A stretch of DNA of 64,000 nt from an uncultured Chloroflexia bacterium (GCA_963765765.1 CAVXYC010000020.1:768001-832000), one strand, 5' to 3'; numbered from the stretch's first letter, positions 20,228 to 30,996 are shown. The notes: generated by a model not told the origin, from the letters alone. Program-made: numbers and translations.

Positions 20228-20460
20228 CCGCCCTCCATGGGTGTCACCAGAACCAGCTCAGCGCCCTCGTGCAGCGGCGTATCCGGAGTAGCGTACTCGC
20301 CATCAAGGCCAACGATCAATTGACCGTGACCTTCGACCTCGAGCAGGCGCAGAGCATCGCCTACGTTCGCATCATCCGCGAGCCCAATCCAGAGCGTATC
20401 GCCACCGTCAGGAAGGAGACGGTGACGTAGCTCTGCATAGGGAACGATTCGAACGCGCAA
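20224..20460 (-). CDS. MoaD/ThiS-family sulfur carrier
   Basis: 78 aa, C-terminal EGG, overlaps the aor start. Confidence 0.85.
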   Translation of the reverse strand: MRVRIVPYAELRHRLLPDGGDTLWIGLADDANVGDALRLLEVEGHGQLIVGLDGEYATPDTPLHEGAELVLVTPMEGG

Positions 20461-20625
20461 CCTTCATGCTCCAAACAGCGAACAGGTTCAGCAAGACTCC
20501 CGAAGAGCATAACAACATCAAGATCGCGCACGTCGCTCGAGCGCTTCTATGCCGCACAGCCGAACGCATCGCGGGTGCGCGGCGTACAATCAAGCGCTCA
20601 ATCTGACGCTTCGGGAGCAAACACG

Positions 20626-21597
20626 ATGACCTCGGACACCGGCATCTTCGATGCTCACACGCACCTGCTCCTGACCGGACCTCCCCACTACCCGCTCGCG
20701 ATGCGCGATACCGACACGCTACTGGAGCAGCAGCGGTCGTTCAATATCTCCCGCTCTATCGTCTACAGCCCGATGGAGATCCAGCGAGCCTTCAGGGCCA
20801 GCGAAGATCCCAGCACGTTTACCGGCCGATACAACCAGTTCATCTCGAAAGTTCAAGAGCAACATCCCGACGAGGTACTCGGTGTCGGAATCGTCTACCC
20901 CTTCGAGGGTGAGAAGAGTGCTCGCGAAGCGGAGCGAGTTATCCGTGAGCTGGGTCTCCGGGGAGTCATGGTCAATCCGTTCATGCGCGGCGCCTGGCTA
21001 GATCAGGATGAGCGCGCCGAGCCGCTTCTGGCCGCTGTGGAAGAGCTGGGCGTTCCTCTCATCCTTCATCCAGAAGAAGATCTGGAAAGGGCGGCCGCCC
21101 AGGCGATCAATAGACAGCTCCGATATGCGGAGGGACTGGTTCTCTGGCGAACGTGGGCTACCACCCTGGTGCTGTACGGGTTCGCCGTAGGCCCCCTCCT
21201 TCACCGATTCCCCACACTCAAGCTGATTTTTGCCCATGGTGGGGGCGCTTTCTGGCCGAGTGCCGCCCGCATTGATGTGCTGTTTCAGAACCTGATCCCC
21301 AACGACGACCCCATAGTGGAAGGTCAGTGGGAGGGTGGTGATCCCAATATGTCGCCGCTCGAATGGCTGCGATCGCATGAGGTCTACTTTGACGCGGCCT
21401 GGTTTGATGAATCCGCACTTCGTGGCGCTATTGAGCGGTTCGGCGCCGATCGGTTCCTGTTCGGAACGGATGGAAGCGCGCACGGCCACTCGATTGGCTT
21501 CTTCTGCGATCAGCTCACCAACCTGGGATTGAGTCAGAGAGATCTGCGCCTGGTCCAGTGGGGCAACACGAACCGGCTCTTCGGACTCGAAGGTTGA
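20626..21597 (+). CDS. Amidohydrolase-2 family protein
   Basis: FDAHTH, LILHP, AHGGG, FLFGTD. Confidence 0.85.
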   Translation: MTSDTGIFDAHTHLLLTGPPHYPLAMRDTDTLLEQQRSFNISRSIVYSPMEIQRAFRASEDPSTFTGRYNQFISKVQEQHPDEVLGVGIVYPFEGEKSAREAERVIRELGLRGVMVNPFMRGAWLDQDERAEPLLAAVEELGVPLILHPEEDLERAAAQAINRQLRYAEGLVLWRTWATTLVLYGFAVGPLLHRFPTLKLIFAHGGGAFWPSAARIDVLFQNLIPNDDPIVEGQWEGGDPNMSPLEWLRSHEVYFDAAWFDESALRGAIERFGADRFLFGTDGSAHGHSIGFFCDQLTNLGLSQRDLRLVQWGNTNRLFGLEG

Positions 21598-21634
21598 ATC
21601 GCTGCATAACCGTCCAGCCGGCGCATTAGCGCGT

Positions 21635-21739
21635 ACTTTGGACTGTGGCGGTCTTCGCCGCTTTCTCGCGAGGCTGGAAGCCGACATCCGTGTCGCTCCG
21701 CTCGGTGGGAAAGCGGCGAAGACCGCCGCAGTCCAAAGT
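21635..21739. repeat. REP-doublet-like inverted repeat, family C
   Basis: 31-bp arms, 21635-21665 / 21709-21739, with one mismatch (TTTGGACTG(T/C)GGCGGTCTTCGCCGCTTT). Confidence 0.8.
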
Positions 21740-21756
21740 CCCAGTTACGTGATACG

Positions 21757-23088
21757 TTAAATCGTCTGCACCGCCCGATCGAACGCGTCGATCACGTGCT
21801 CGATGTCGTCGTCCGTGTGGGACAGAGACGTGAAGCCGCCGGTCCGCATCAGATCAACACCTTCCACCAGCATCGCCTTGCGGACCGCGGCAGCCGGTCC
21901 GCGCGCGCCAATGAGCTTGGCCGCGTCCGACTCTGCTACAGCCTCCACCATGCCTTCGCCGAGTAGTACCTGGAAGACAGAGCACTCGCCCACCACCGTG
22001 CCGGGGACCCCGCGCTTCTCGAGCACGTCGCTCAGTCCCTCACGCAGGCGCTGCCCAGTGCGATTTGCCACCTTGTGCGGCTCGCCAGTTGCCACGATCT
22101 GCAGTGTTGCGACCGCGGCCGCGGCACCCACCGGATTTGCGTTGAAGGTGCCCTGATGGAGCACTCGTTCGCGCCGATCTCTGGCGGCATCACCGCTGTA
22201 TTCGAGCGGTGCCATCAAGTCGGTTCGTCCAACGATGGCTCCACCCGGCTGGCCGCCAGCGACGATCTTCGCCAGCGTCGTCATATCTGGCGTAATGCCG
22301 TAATACTCCTGCGCGCCGCCCGGTGCATAACGGAACCCCGTGATGACCTCGTCAAAAATAAGCGGCACACTACGTTCCCGAGTGAGGTCGCGAAGTGCCT
22401 GAAGGAACTCCCGGTTCGTTGGCACGGTGCCGTTGCTTCCCCCGGCTGGCTCCAGGATCACCGCCGCAACGTCGTCATTGTTGTCCAACAGGTCACGCAC
22501 TGAACCAATGTCATTCGGCCGGGCAATCAACATCGTGGACGGGACGACTGCCGGAATCCCGGCGGAGCTGGGCACATCGAATGGTGGCTGATATCCCACC
22601 AGGGCGTAGTCATGCCATCCGTGGAAATGCCCCTGGAAGCGGATGATTTTCTCCTTGCCCGTGGCGGCACGTACAAGGCGGATCGCGAGCATGGTGGCCT
22701 CGGTGCCGCTCATGGCGAAGCGCACTTTTTCCGCTGAAGGAATGAGCTGCTTCACGAGCTCAGCCCATTGAACCTCTAGCTCGTGGCAGGCCCCGTGGTG
22801 TGTACCACGGCCAAGCTGTTGTGCCATGGCTTCCACTACGGCCGGATGGCTGTGTCCCAGCAACATCGCGCCGTGACCCATCCAGTGGTCGATCAGCTCG
22901 TTGCCGTCGACGTCCCATTTCCGCGCGCCCTCGGCTCTATCGATATAGATTGGAAATGGCGTGAAGTTGCGCGCGTCATGGGTAATGCCCGCGGCTATCG
23001 TCTGGCGGGCGCGTTGAGATAGCTCGGCCGATTTCGCGAACTTCTCACGATAGACTTGATCGATGTTGGGCTGCTGATCGATTGCCAT
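21757..23088 (-). CDS. Class III aminotransferase, glutamate-1-semialdehyde aminomutase-like
   Basis: WDVDGNE, SGTEATM, FHGWHD, IFDEVITGFR, LAKIVAGG, GTFNANP. Confidence 0.88.
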   Translation of the reverse strand: MAIDQQPNIDQVYREKFAKSAELSQRARQTIAAGITHDARNFTPFPIYIDRAEGARKWDVDGNELIDHWMGHGAMLLGHSHPAVVEAMAQQLGRGTHHGACHELEVQWAELVKQLIPSAEKVRFAMSGTEATMLAIRLVRAATGKEKIIRFQGHFHGWHDYALVGYQPPFDVPSSAGIPAVVPSTMLIARPNDIGSVRDLLDNNDDVAAVILEPAGGSNGTVPTNREFLQALRDLTRERSVPLIFDEVITGFRYAPGGAQEYYGITPDMTTLAKIVAGGQPGGAIVGRTDLMAPLEYSGDAARDRRERVLHQGTFNANPVGAAAAVATLQIVATGEPHKVANRTGQRLREGLSDVLEKRGVPGTVVGECSVFQVLLGEGMVEAVAESDAAKLIGARGPAAAVRKAMLVEGVDLMRTGGFTSLSHTDDDIEHVIDAFDRAVQTI

Positions 23089-23121
23089 GGCGTTCTCCAC
23101 GCGGCCGTGGGGCGCCACGAC

Positions 23122-23943
23122 CTATTCGAGTGTCAGTATCTCAGGCCCGTGCTCGGTGATGGCAATGGTGTGCTCAAAGTGTGCGGAGAGTCGGCCGTCC
23201 AGCGTGACAGCCGTCCACTGGTCCTCTAGCACGCGCACCTCCGGGCCGCCAAGGTTCACCTGAGGCTCAATGGCCAGGCACATGCCGGGTTTCAGCGTAA
23301 CGCCCTTGCCGGGTTGACCGTAATGCGGGACCTGCGGCGGCTCATGCATCTTCCGCCCCACACCGTGACCCACAAATACACGCACAACCGACATATTGTT
23401 CGCTTCAACGTGCTTCTGGATTGCGTGACCAATATCGCTGAGCCGATTGCCCGGCTTTGCTTGCTCGATTCCACGCATCAATGCGTCGTATGTAACGGTC
23501 AGCAGCTTTTGCGCTTCCTGGGTACCCTCACCGACGATGAAAGACGTGGCCGTATCGGCGACGTAGCCATTGCGCTTCGCGGCGATGTCCACTTTTACCA
23601 CGTCGCCCTGCTTGATCTTTCGGGGCCCAGGGATGCCGTGGACTACCTGCTGGTTCACAGAAACGCAGATGTGGCCGGGAAAACCGAAATAACCCTTCGC
23701 CGTGGAGACCGCGCCACCTTTGCTGAACTCATCGGCAGCAATTCGGTCGAGGTCTGCCGTCGTCATCCCGGCTTGTGTGGCCTCTTGAAGAAGCCGACGC
23801 GTGCGCGCAACGACTTTCCCCGCCTCCCGCATGATCGCAATCTCGCGCGGAGATTTGAGGATGATAGTATTGCTTTCAACTGGCTTCAGCGCGCACACAT
23901 TGCCCTCAGACACACTGTTGGCCCGCATCTGGCGGGCCTTCAT
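23122..23943 (-). CDS. map: Methionine aminopeptidase type I (start uncertain)
   Basis: VVHGIP, GHGVGRKMHE, AIEP, SAHFEHTI. Confidence 0.93.
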   Translation of the reverse strand: MKARQMRANSVSEGNVCALKPVESNTIILKSPREIAIMREAGKVVARTRRLLQEATQAGMTTADLDRIAADEFSKGGAVSTAKGYFGFPGHICVSVNQQVVHGIPGPRKIKQGDVVKVDIAAKRNGYVADTATSFIVGEGTQEAQKLLTVTYDALMRGIEQAKPGNRLSDIGHAIQKHVEANNMSVVRVFVGHGVGRKMHEPPQVPHYGQPGKGVTLKPGMCLAIEPQVNLGGPEVRVLEDQWTAVTLDGRLSAHFEHTIAITEHGPEILTLE

Positions 23944-23970
23944 TTGGCACTATAACACGACCACTTCGAC

Positions 23971-24555
23971 ATGGCCTACACCGTAGGACTCACCGGAAAC
24001 ATCGCCTGTGGCAAGAGTACTGTGGGTCGCATGCTCGTGGAGCTCGGTGCCGATTATGTCGACACCGATGCCATAGTCCACGATCTACTCGCGCACGCTA
24101 CGCCCCAGGCTCAACAGATCATCGAGCGATTCGGACCCGCAGTAGCGGCGCCGAACAGCGGAATAGCTCGCGCGGCACTCGGAGCCATCGTTTTTTCCGA
24201 CTCAGCGAAGCTCCGTGAGCTCGAGCGCATCCTTCACCCACGCGTCGAGGAGATCGTTCACGAGCGCATCAAGGCTACGAGCGCGCCCGTCATCGTGATC
24301 GATGGCGTGAAGATCTTCGAATCTGGACTTTCGGACGAGCTGGACGAGCTCTGGGTCGTGGTGTGCTCAAAGAGCGCTCAACGCACACGCCTGGCGCGTG
24401 ATCGCGGCATGGCTGCCGCCGACATCGAAACTCGACTCAATTCGCAACCGCCATTGGAAGCCAAGCTTTCGAAAGCGCGCGTTGTCATCGACAACAGTGG
24501 CGAGCTGGCAGAAACGCGTCGAGCGGTGGAATCGGCCTTGCGTCGCGTGCTTTAG
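23971..24555 (+). CDS. coaE: Dephospho-CoA kinase
   Basis: GLTGNIACGKST, LERILHP, IDNSG. Confidence 0.92.
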   Translation: MAYTVGLTGNIACGKSTVGRMLVELGADYVDTDAIVHDLLAHATPQAQQIIERFGPAVAAPNSGIARAALGAIVFSDSAKLRELERILHPRVEEIVHERIKATSAPVIVIDGVKIFESGLSDELDELWVVVCSKSAQRTRLARDRGMAAADIETRLNSQPPLEAKLSKARVVIDNSGELAETRRAVESALRRVL

Positions 24556-24649
24556 AAATACCCCAAGTTCAATAGCCGACATGGCACAATGCGTGCAACG
24601 AGACGCGCCGATGTCCGCGCAGAGCTCTTCACGCGAAACGGTCGGGAAC

Positions 24650-25864
24650 ATGATTTCATCAGCGGTGGCGGTTGATCAACACGACGGATTCCGTATCGTG
24701 CGCTTGAAAGGGAACGCCTACGAGCGCGGCTACCAGCACGGAGCAGCCCTTAAAGACAACGTGCGGTATTTCTGTGACGCGTTTTACCGAGACCTATTGT
24801 TTGCTCGGAACCGATACCTGGGGATGAGTCTAAGCTGCATTTTTCTCTCGCTAGCATTGCGGATGGAGCGATTCATACCGCGGGAGCTGCGTGATGAGAT
24901 GCGTGGTGTCGCCGATGGAGCCGGTGTCAGTTATCGCGATATCCTCGTCTTGAATTCATTTGACGACGCGATACATGGAATCAGCAAGCTGGCCGGAATC
25001 ATGACCTGGGTGCAGAAGTTCCGGGGCAGCTTCGCTTGCAGCAGTTTCGTGCGGCTGGACGAATCCGGGCCAATCCACGGACGCAACCTCGACTACATGG
25101 TGGCCGACTCCGCGGTTGATCCGGACGGAATCGTCACGCGAGTTCTCAGAGAAAATGTTGTGCTTTTCATCCATGAGCCGGATCGTGGCTGCTCATTCGC
25201 CTCGGTCGCCTGGCCCGGTTATGTTGGCGTCGTCACGGGCATGAACGTCGCCGGCATCTCGCTTGCCTGCCATACATCCTGGACTCTGGGGGAGACAATC
25301 CACGGGGTACCTCTTCCCCTGCTTTACCGCCACGTCATGCAGTATTCGTCATCTCTCTTGGACGCGGAGCTTCGGTTACGCCGCGCGCGCAAGACCATTG
25401 GCAACAATCTCTCACTTGCCTCAGGTCCAGAACGCGACGCGAGAGCGCTGGAGCTCACTCCGGGACAAGTGGCGACCTGGGCTCCGCGCGATGGTACCCT
25501 GGCCGTTACGAATCATTTCCAGGACCCGGCCCTCGGTGAGCCCCAGGAGCGCGCCGGCTGGCGCTTCCCAAATTCGACGTCTCGATTAGAGCGGCTCCAT
25601 GAGCTTCTTCCAAGCGCTCCATCGACACTCGACGCGGCACAAGCGATTCTCATGGACACCACGCCGGTGCGCGCGGATCTCGGAGAGTGGGACTGCCTGG
25701 CCAACCCGGGAACGATCTACAGTACCGTCTTCGATCCTGTGAATCTCCAGATAAGTCTGCGGGTATACGACCGCCCAGATCGCGAGTTCAAGATCATCGA
25801 TCTCGCAGATCGCCGGGGCCGCGGCTCTAGCAGCGTAACGCCGCGGCATGTTTTGACGGCGTGA
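24650..25864 (+). CDS. C45-family Ntn-hydrolase (autoproteolytic acyltransferase/amidase)
   Basis: YERGYQHG, A|CSSF nucleophile Cys, HGRNLDY, GMNVAG, TNHF. Confidence 0.85.
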   Translation: MISSAVAVDQHDGFRIVRLKGNAYERGYQHGAALKDNVRYFCDAFYRDLLFARNRYLGMSLSCIFLSLALRMERFIPRELRDEMRGVADGAGVSYRDILVLNSFDDAIHGISKLAGIMTWVQKFRGSFACSSFVRLDESGPIHGRNLDYMVADSAVDPDGIVTRVLRENVVLFIHEPDRGCSFASVAWPGYVGVVTGMNVAGISLACHTSWTLGETIHGVPLPLLYRHVMQYSSSLLDAELRLRRARKTIGNNLSLASGPERDARALELTPGQVATWAPRDGTLAVTNHFQDPALGEPQERAGWRFPNSTSRLERLHELLPSAPSTLDAAQAILMDTTPVRADLGEWDCLANPGTIYSTVFDPVNLQISLRVYDRPDREFKIIDLADRRGRGSSSVTPRHVLTA

Positions 25865-25898
25865 CGCCCTCACACCGTGCACCGTTGGCCCACGGTGC

Positions 25899-25907
25899 TG
25901 GTACAAT
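25899..25907 (+). promoter_or_regulatory. Extended -10 promoter candidate (TGGTACAAT)
   Basis: Near-consensus TGnTAnAAT 36 nt upstream of the PHP gene. Confidence 0.55.
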
Positions 25908-25942
25908 GCCGCCCAACTTAGCCACATCGGGGAACCACCAGC

Positions 25943-26683
25943 GTGGGCAAAGCTATTCTCCATATCCACAGCACGTTTAGCGACGGCGATCCTACCGTTG
26001 CGCAAATCCTCGATGAGGTTGAGCACAACAGCGATATCGATATCGTAGGGATCACCGATCATGACGATGTCCGATCGTATGCGGCTGCTCTGGACTGGAA
26101 GGCGAGCCATCCGGACAGCCGAATTCAGCCGCTCTTCGGCATTGAGCTCACTACCTGGGCCTTCAAGCACATCCTCATCTATATCTTCCAGCCACCGTTC
26201 CCCACACGAGCCTTCAAGAAGTTCATGCCGCTGGGAAAAGCTGTCCAGGCTGGCAAGGCCGCCGGAGGGCTCGTCGTCGTCCCGCACGTCGATGCGTTCT
26301 GGGTAGGCATGGGCCGCCACCGCCTGGAGCGACAGTTCCAGCAGCTCGGTGTCGATGGCATTGAGCTCCTGACACCCGTCCCGCTCGCACGAGGCGCTGT
26401 GGACAAGCTTGCTGAGATGAACGGGCGGTGCCGTCTCATCGAGCTCGGGGGCAGCGACGCTCACCATCTCGAGGATCTGTATCGCGTGATCGTCGAGTTC
26501 CCGGGCCAGACGCTTGCCGATTTCGAGATGGCCATCAGATCAGGCACGACTTCGGTGCGGTGGGGCACGGACGGACCAAAGATTCCCATGTCTCGGCAGG
26601 TGCGCCAGCACACGAAGGCCCTGGTAGTCCACCCGTGGGAGCAGCTCCAGCACTGGAGCCAGGATAAGCTTTCGAAGACTTAG
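25943..26683 (+). CDS. PHP-domain phosphoesterase
   Basis: HIHSTFSDG, ITDHD, GIE, PH, GGSDAH. Confidence 0.9.
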   Translation: MGKAILHIHSTFSDGDPTVAQILDEVEHNSDIDIVGITDHDDVRSYAAALDWKASHPDSRIQPLFGIELTTWAFKHILIYIFQPPFPTRAFKKFMPLGKAVQAGKAAGGLVVVPHVDAFWVGMGRHRLERQFQQLGVDGIELLTPVPLARGAVDKLAEMNGRCRLIELGGSDAHHLEDLYRVIVEFPGQTLADFEMAIRSGTTSVRWGTDGPKIPMSRQVRQHTKALVVHPWEQLQHWSQDKLSKT

Positions 26684-26711
26684 CCTCTCACGAAATTCCC
26701 CGGCGGCCAAC

Positions 26712-26817
26712 GTAGCGCAGTGGGTCTTGTGCCCTGCTGTGCCGCGATGTCCTTGTTTGGACATATAGTACAGCGCGATGACTCCGCGGTGCGAGGGGCA
26801 CAAGACCACCGCGCTAC
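26712..26817. repeat. REP doublet, family A, second degenerate copy
   Basis: GTAGCGCAGTGGGTCTTGTGCCC...GGGGCACAAGACCACCGCGCTAC; right arm matches the 8740-8762 arm. Confidence 0.8.
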
Positions 26818-26917
26818 CGAATCGTTCCAAGTTCTCGTTCGTTCCTGGCGCCGATCTATCCCTGAAGGAATCATCTCTAGAGGGCTACCTCCATACGAGC
26901 GGGTTACCTGGATCGGC

Positions 26918-28920
26918 CTACCTTGTCCAGACCTCATACGGGCCGATCTGGGAGGTGAGCGAAAACTCCGAGCGGAGAAATGCACGTAGCTCCGGGTAAT
27001 CCGTCTGACGCAGCCACAGGAACTCAAACACCGGCTCGAGAACCACGAGTCTGACATCACGCTCGTCGAGAACGCGAATTGCTTCGTGCTCCTGCTCGAT
27101 AGAAGCGAGCCCAGGCAAGAAATGGTTGTACTTCGTCGCATTCGGTCGATCGGCCAGGTAGTAAAGCATCGGCGCCGCGGGAAAGACGAATATCGGCTCA
27201 CCGTCACCCGTCCGCGCGCGCACAGTCTCGGTCACGGCGTCCAGCGGTAGGGCAGCGTATGGCCGCGCCAACACGCCGGCTCTCGGGTTTTCGACAGGCA
27301 CGTAGGTCTGCGGATCGATCTGGCCGAAATCATTCTGGGGTACGACGAGCACGCTCCAGCGCCAGTTCGTAACTGGAAAGAGCGAGAGCAAGGGAACGAT
27401 TGTCAGCGCCGCCGTGAGTGCAATTGTCGCGGCCGCGCGTCGCGGCCCAGTAATCCCAACAAGCACGCGCGACTCCGTTCGCCAGAAAAACCAGGCCAGC
27501 GCAGCCATCATCGGTGGCGCCGAGAAGGTAAGATGCGGCTCGTCCATCCGGGGGTACTGGTGAAAATACATAGTGCTCCCGAATGTGAGCAGCCATGCCA
27601 CGATGAGTTCATGTCCGGGTGTCACCCACCCGCTCACACACGCCAGAACCACCAGTCCAGCCGCTACGGACCGGAAGAAGCTGATTCAAATTTTCCGTAA
27701 GAAGTAGCCCGGACGTCGTCACAGAGCTAGCGGGCGTTTGGCCCGGCACCTGTGACAACCAGGCTCCCATCGCCACGATCAGGATTCCGCCAAGTACCCA
27801 GGCTATTGACCGCGCAATCCGACGGTTAGCGAAGTCCCAGCAGGCGCCCACCATGAAGGGTCCGGCGGACAACACGGCGAGCCCTTCCGGATGCGGCCAC
27901 CACTGATCAAGGATGTATCCGCACGGGATCCACCCCACCCAGGAACTGCTTGAGCGGGACCTCGCGCGAGAGATCTCGAGAATCAGTGCCAGCAGCCACG
28001 GAATGGTGACCAGTGAAAACCCCAGGCACACGGCCCCCGCACACACGATCGCTCGGCCGATCGAATCGCGATCTAGCGAGGCGCGACGATAGAGCCAGAA
28101 ATTGAGCACCAGGACCGGCACTACGAACTCAAGCCAGTACTCGACCTGTGGCCGCAGCCACAGGGCAACCATCAGCGCAAGGGGCAGTACGAACACGGCT
28201 GCGATGGCCGGTAGGCGGAGCATCGAGGTAGGAAATACGCGATCCAGATTTGCCATCCATCCCGCGACAGACCGCGGTAACGCGCTGGGAATCGGGCAAG
28301 CCAAGCACGTAAACGTGAGCATCGCGAGAAGCGCCAGCAGCCCCGTGTTCTGCTTGAATGCGAATCCCAATCCGGCGAGGGAGCCGGCCGCGAGGAGCCA
28401 ATTCAACTTCCGCGAGTCGAGATATCTCAGCATGGCCAGCGCCGCCGCCGTGGCGGATGCCGCGGCATACCAGGAGGGATGCGTTTGCCACGGTACCGGC
28501 GCAGGGTCGAGCAGCAAAAATGTCACCGGCGCCAGTAGGGCGTATCGGGCTGGCGCCAGGCGCCGAGCCAGGAGATACAGCAGCCCCGCGCCCACGATGC
28601 GCGCAACGATGACGCCTACACGCTGCCAGACCAAGCTGTAGCCAAAGACCTTAAAGATCAGCGCATGCAGGTAGAAAAACGCCAGGCGTGTAGGGGGTGG
28701 CGAAATCGCGGTACGGATGATCCCCAACGGCAACTCGACTTGCGAGGTAAGCAAAGTAGCCTTCCTCGAATGTGTCGATCCAGTAACGCGCTGCCCAAAG
28801 GTAAACGGCCCCCACTGTCGCCAGTACGAACAGAACGAGCCCGGCCTCCCGCGCGGAGATCGACCAGATTGCTCGGCTCGGTCGTGTCTTGGCGGAAGCC
28901 ACGGTCGTCACGGTGTGCAC
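26918..28920 (-). CDS. GT-C (ArnT/PMT-like) polytopic glycosyltransferase, split by several indels
   Basis: FEEGY acidic loop, PYRDF.TPY.PG, FKQN.G, PMLYYLADR; many TM helices over three ORFs. Confidence 0.72.
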
Positions 28921-29277
28921 GACGGCGGAGTGTACCTGAGGGGCGGCCTGGAACGGCAATCGCTTCAGAGACCCGAAGTACAACGCGAGGTCATAAAACA
29001 CAGTCCTCTCCACTGTGCCCTGGCAATGGCCCGAACGCATCTAAAGATACGGCGGGCTGGTGTGACGTCGGGGTCGGCCACCGACCGGGCGACGCTTCCG
29101 GTCGGCCGCACTGCACAGCGAGCCAGGCGAGAAATTCTGGACGCTCCGCCCGAGGGAAAGCACCGAAGTCGGTTGTTAGGCTTAGCCCGTGGGAATGAGA
29201 TTCACGGGCCCGAACGCCTCTGGTGATAGCCCGTGCAAACGCCTACGTTTTTCGCGGGTCATTCACTTGGAGCACCA

Positions 29278-30093
29278 ATGATTGCCCTGGAGCAGAAACC
29301 GTCCGATCCGGCACTAGCACCGGGAATCGACATTCTCGGCGTGAGCGTTCGGTTCGGAACCGGTACCGATTCTGTACTCGCCCTCGATAATTGCACGGTG
29401 AACATTCGCCGTGGCGAGCGAGCTGCGCTCCTTGGCCCATCCGGCTGCGGTAAATCCACGCTGTTGCGCGTCGTCGCCGATCTGCTGCCAGCGACATCTG
29501 GCTCGCTGACCGTGCACGGTCGTACCGCCGCCGAGGTCCGGCGAGATCGCGCGTACATGCTTGTGGCACAGAGCTCCACGCTGCTGCCCTGGCGCACTCT
29601 GCAGGCAAATGTCGAGCTCGCAGGAGAAATCGCGGGCGTCCCGAAGAAGGACCGCAAACAGCGCGCTCAGGCAGTAATCAATCTCGTGGGTCTCCAGGGA
29701 TTTGAGGCCCGTTTCCCGCAGCAGCTATCCGGCGGCATGCGTCAGCGCGGCGCCATCGCTCGGGCCCTATCCATGAGCCCGGATCTTCTGCTACTGGACG
29801 AGCCTTTCGGTGCGCTGGATGAGATCACCAGGGAGCGGCTGAACTTCGAACTCATGCAGGTCATCGCCGCAACGCAAGCCACCATGATTCTGGTTACGCA
29901 CAGCATCGCCGAGGCCATCATCCTGTCCGAAACCGTGCACGTGATGTCGCCAAGGCCGGGCCGAATCATCGAATCCGTGGACGTTACCTTTCCATTCCCG
30001 CGCAATCCAGGAATTCGCGACACGACCGAGTTTCACGAAATCGAACGTCGTCTCCGAGCGGACCTGGCCGCGGGAGTCGCGAGACACAGTTAG
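29278..30093 (+). CDS. NitT/TauT-family ABC ATP-binding protein
   Basis: GPSGCGKST, LLPWRT, LSGGMRQR, LLLDEPFGALD. Confidence 0.92.
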   Translation: MIALEQKPSDPALAPGIDILGVSVRFGTGTDSVLALDNCTVNIRRGERAALLGPSGCGKSTLLRVVADLLPATSGSLTVHGRTAAEVRRDRAYMLVAQSSTLLPWRTLQANVELAGEIAGVPKKDRKQRAQAVINLVGLQGFEARFPQQLSGGMRQRGAIARALSMSPDLLLLDEPFGALDEITRERLNFELMQVIAATQATMILVTHSIAEAIILSETVHVMSPRPGRIIESVDVTFPFPRNPGIRDTTEFHEIERRLRADLAAGVARHS

Positions 30094-30138
30094 TCCGCAC
30101 CCATTCAGCGAGTCCCCGACGAAGGAGTTTCCTAACGG

Positions 30139-30996
30139 ATGTCCATAAGCCTGCTCAATAGAACTATTACGTTGCCAGCACCGACGGCTGCCAACGCGGC
30201 GCCCATCGGCGCATATGCGCGGAAGTGGGGAATGTCGCTGTGGATGCTCCTGCCAGCTATCGCCGTGTTCCTGGCGATTCTGGCCACGTGGCAGACATTG
30301 AGCGTCAATGGTGTGATCAAGGCGTTCATCCTGCCCGCGCCGATGGCGATCCTCACCGCGATGGTGAACGTGCATCCAGTCATCCTGGACCACGCGCGGA
30401 TTACGGTGTTGGAAGCATTGTTGGCGTTCACCATCGGAAACTCAATGGCGGTGCTCCTGGCAATCCTCTTCGTCCACAACGCCACCGCGGAGCGCAGCCT
30501 TTACCCGCTCGCTCTCGTCGCTCGCAGCATCCCGGTGGTGGCGATTACACCAGCACTCGTGTTGTGGCTGGGGAACGGGATGGAGCCCAAAATCGTGATC
30601 GGCTCGTTCCTCGTCTTCTTCCCAACGCTGGTCAACATGGTCCGCGGCCTCCGTTCAGTCGATCGCGACGTTATGGAGCTTTTGCACAGCCTATCCGCGA
30701 ATCGCCTCCAGATCCTCTGGAAGGTCAGGCTTCCAGCTGCGCTTCCGTTCTTATTCTCCGCATTGCGCATCGCTGCCAGCACCTGCTTCATCGCGGCCAT
30801 CGTGGCGGAATGGATCGGATCGGATCGCGGCGTCGGCTACCTCATTGTCATTTACGGCACGCAATTCAAGATTCCAGAAATGTGGGCGTCCGTCTTCGTT
30901 TGCTCAGCCATGGCCATCTTGAGCTTCTCTACCGTGTGCCTGGCTGAGCGCCTTGCCATGCCGTGGGCCAAGTTCAACGAATCACCGGCAACTTGA
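30139..30996 (+). CDS. NitT/TauT-family ABC permease
   Basis: LPAP, IPVVAITP, FFPTLVN, LPAALP, AIVAEW. Confidence 0.9.
   Translation: MSISLLNRTITLPAPTAANAAPIGAYARKWGMSLWMLLPAIAVFLAILATWQTLSVNGVIKAFILPAPMAILTAMVNVHPVILDHARITVLEALLAFTIGNSMAVLLAILFVHNATAERSLYPLALVARSIPVVAITPALVLWLGNGMEPKIVIGSFLVFFPTLVNMVRGLRSVDRDVMELLHSLSANRLQILWKVRLPAALPFLFSALRIAASTCFIAAIVAEWIGSDRGVGYLIVIYGTQFKIPEMWASVFVCSAMAILSFSTVCLAERLAMPWAKFNESPAT

Noticed and set aside
29040-29277. TPP or other riboswitch upstream of the THI5-like ABC operon
   Set aside because: Only generic GC hairpins; the TPP core (CTGAGA...ACCTGA) is not seen.
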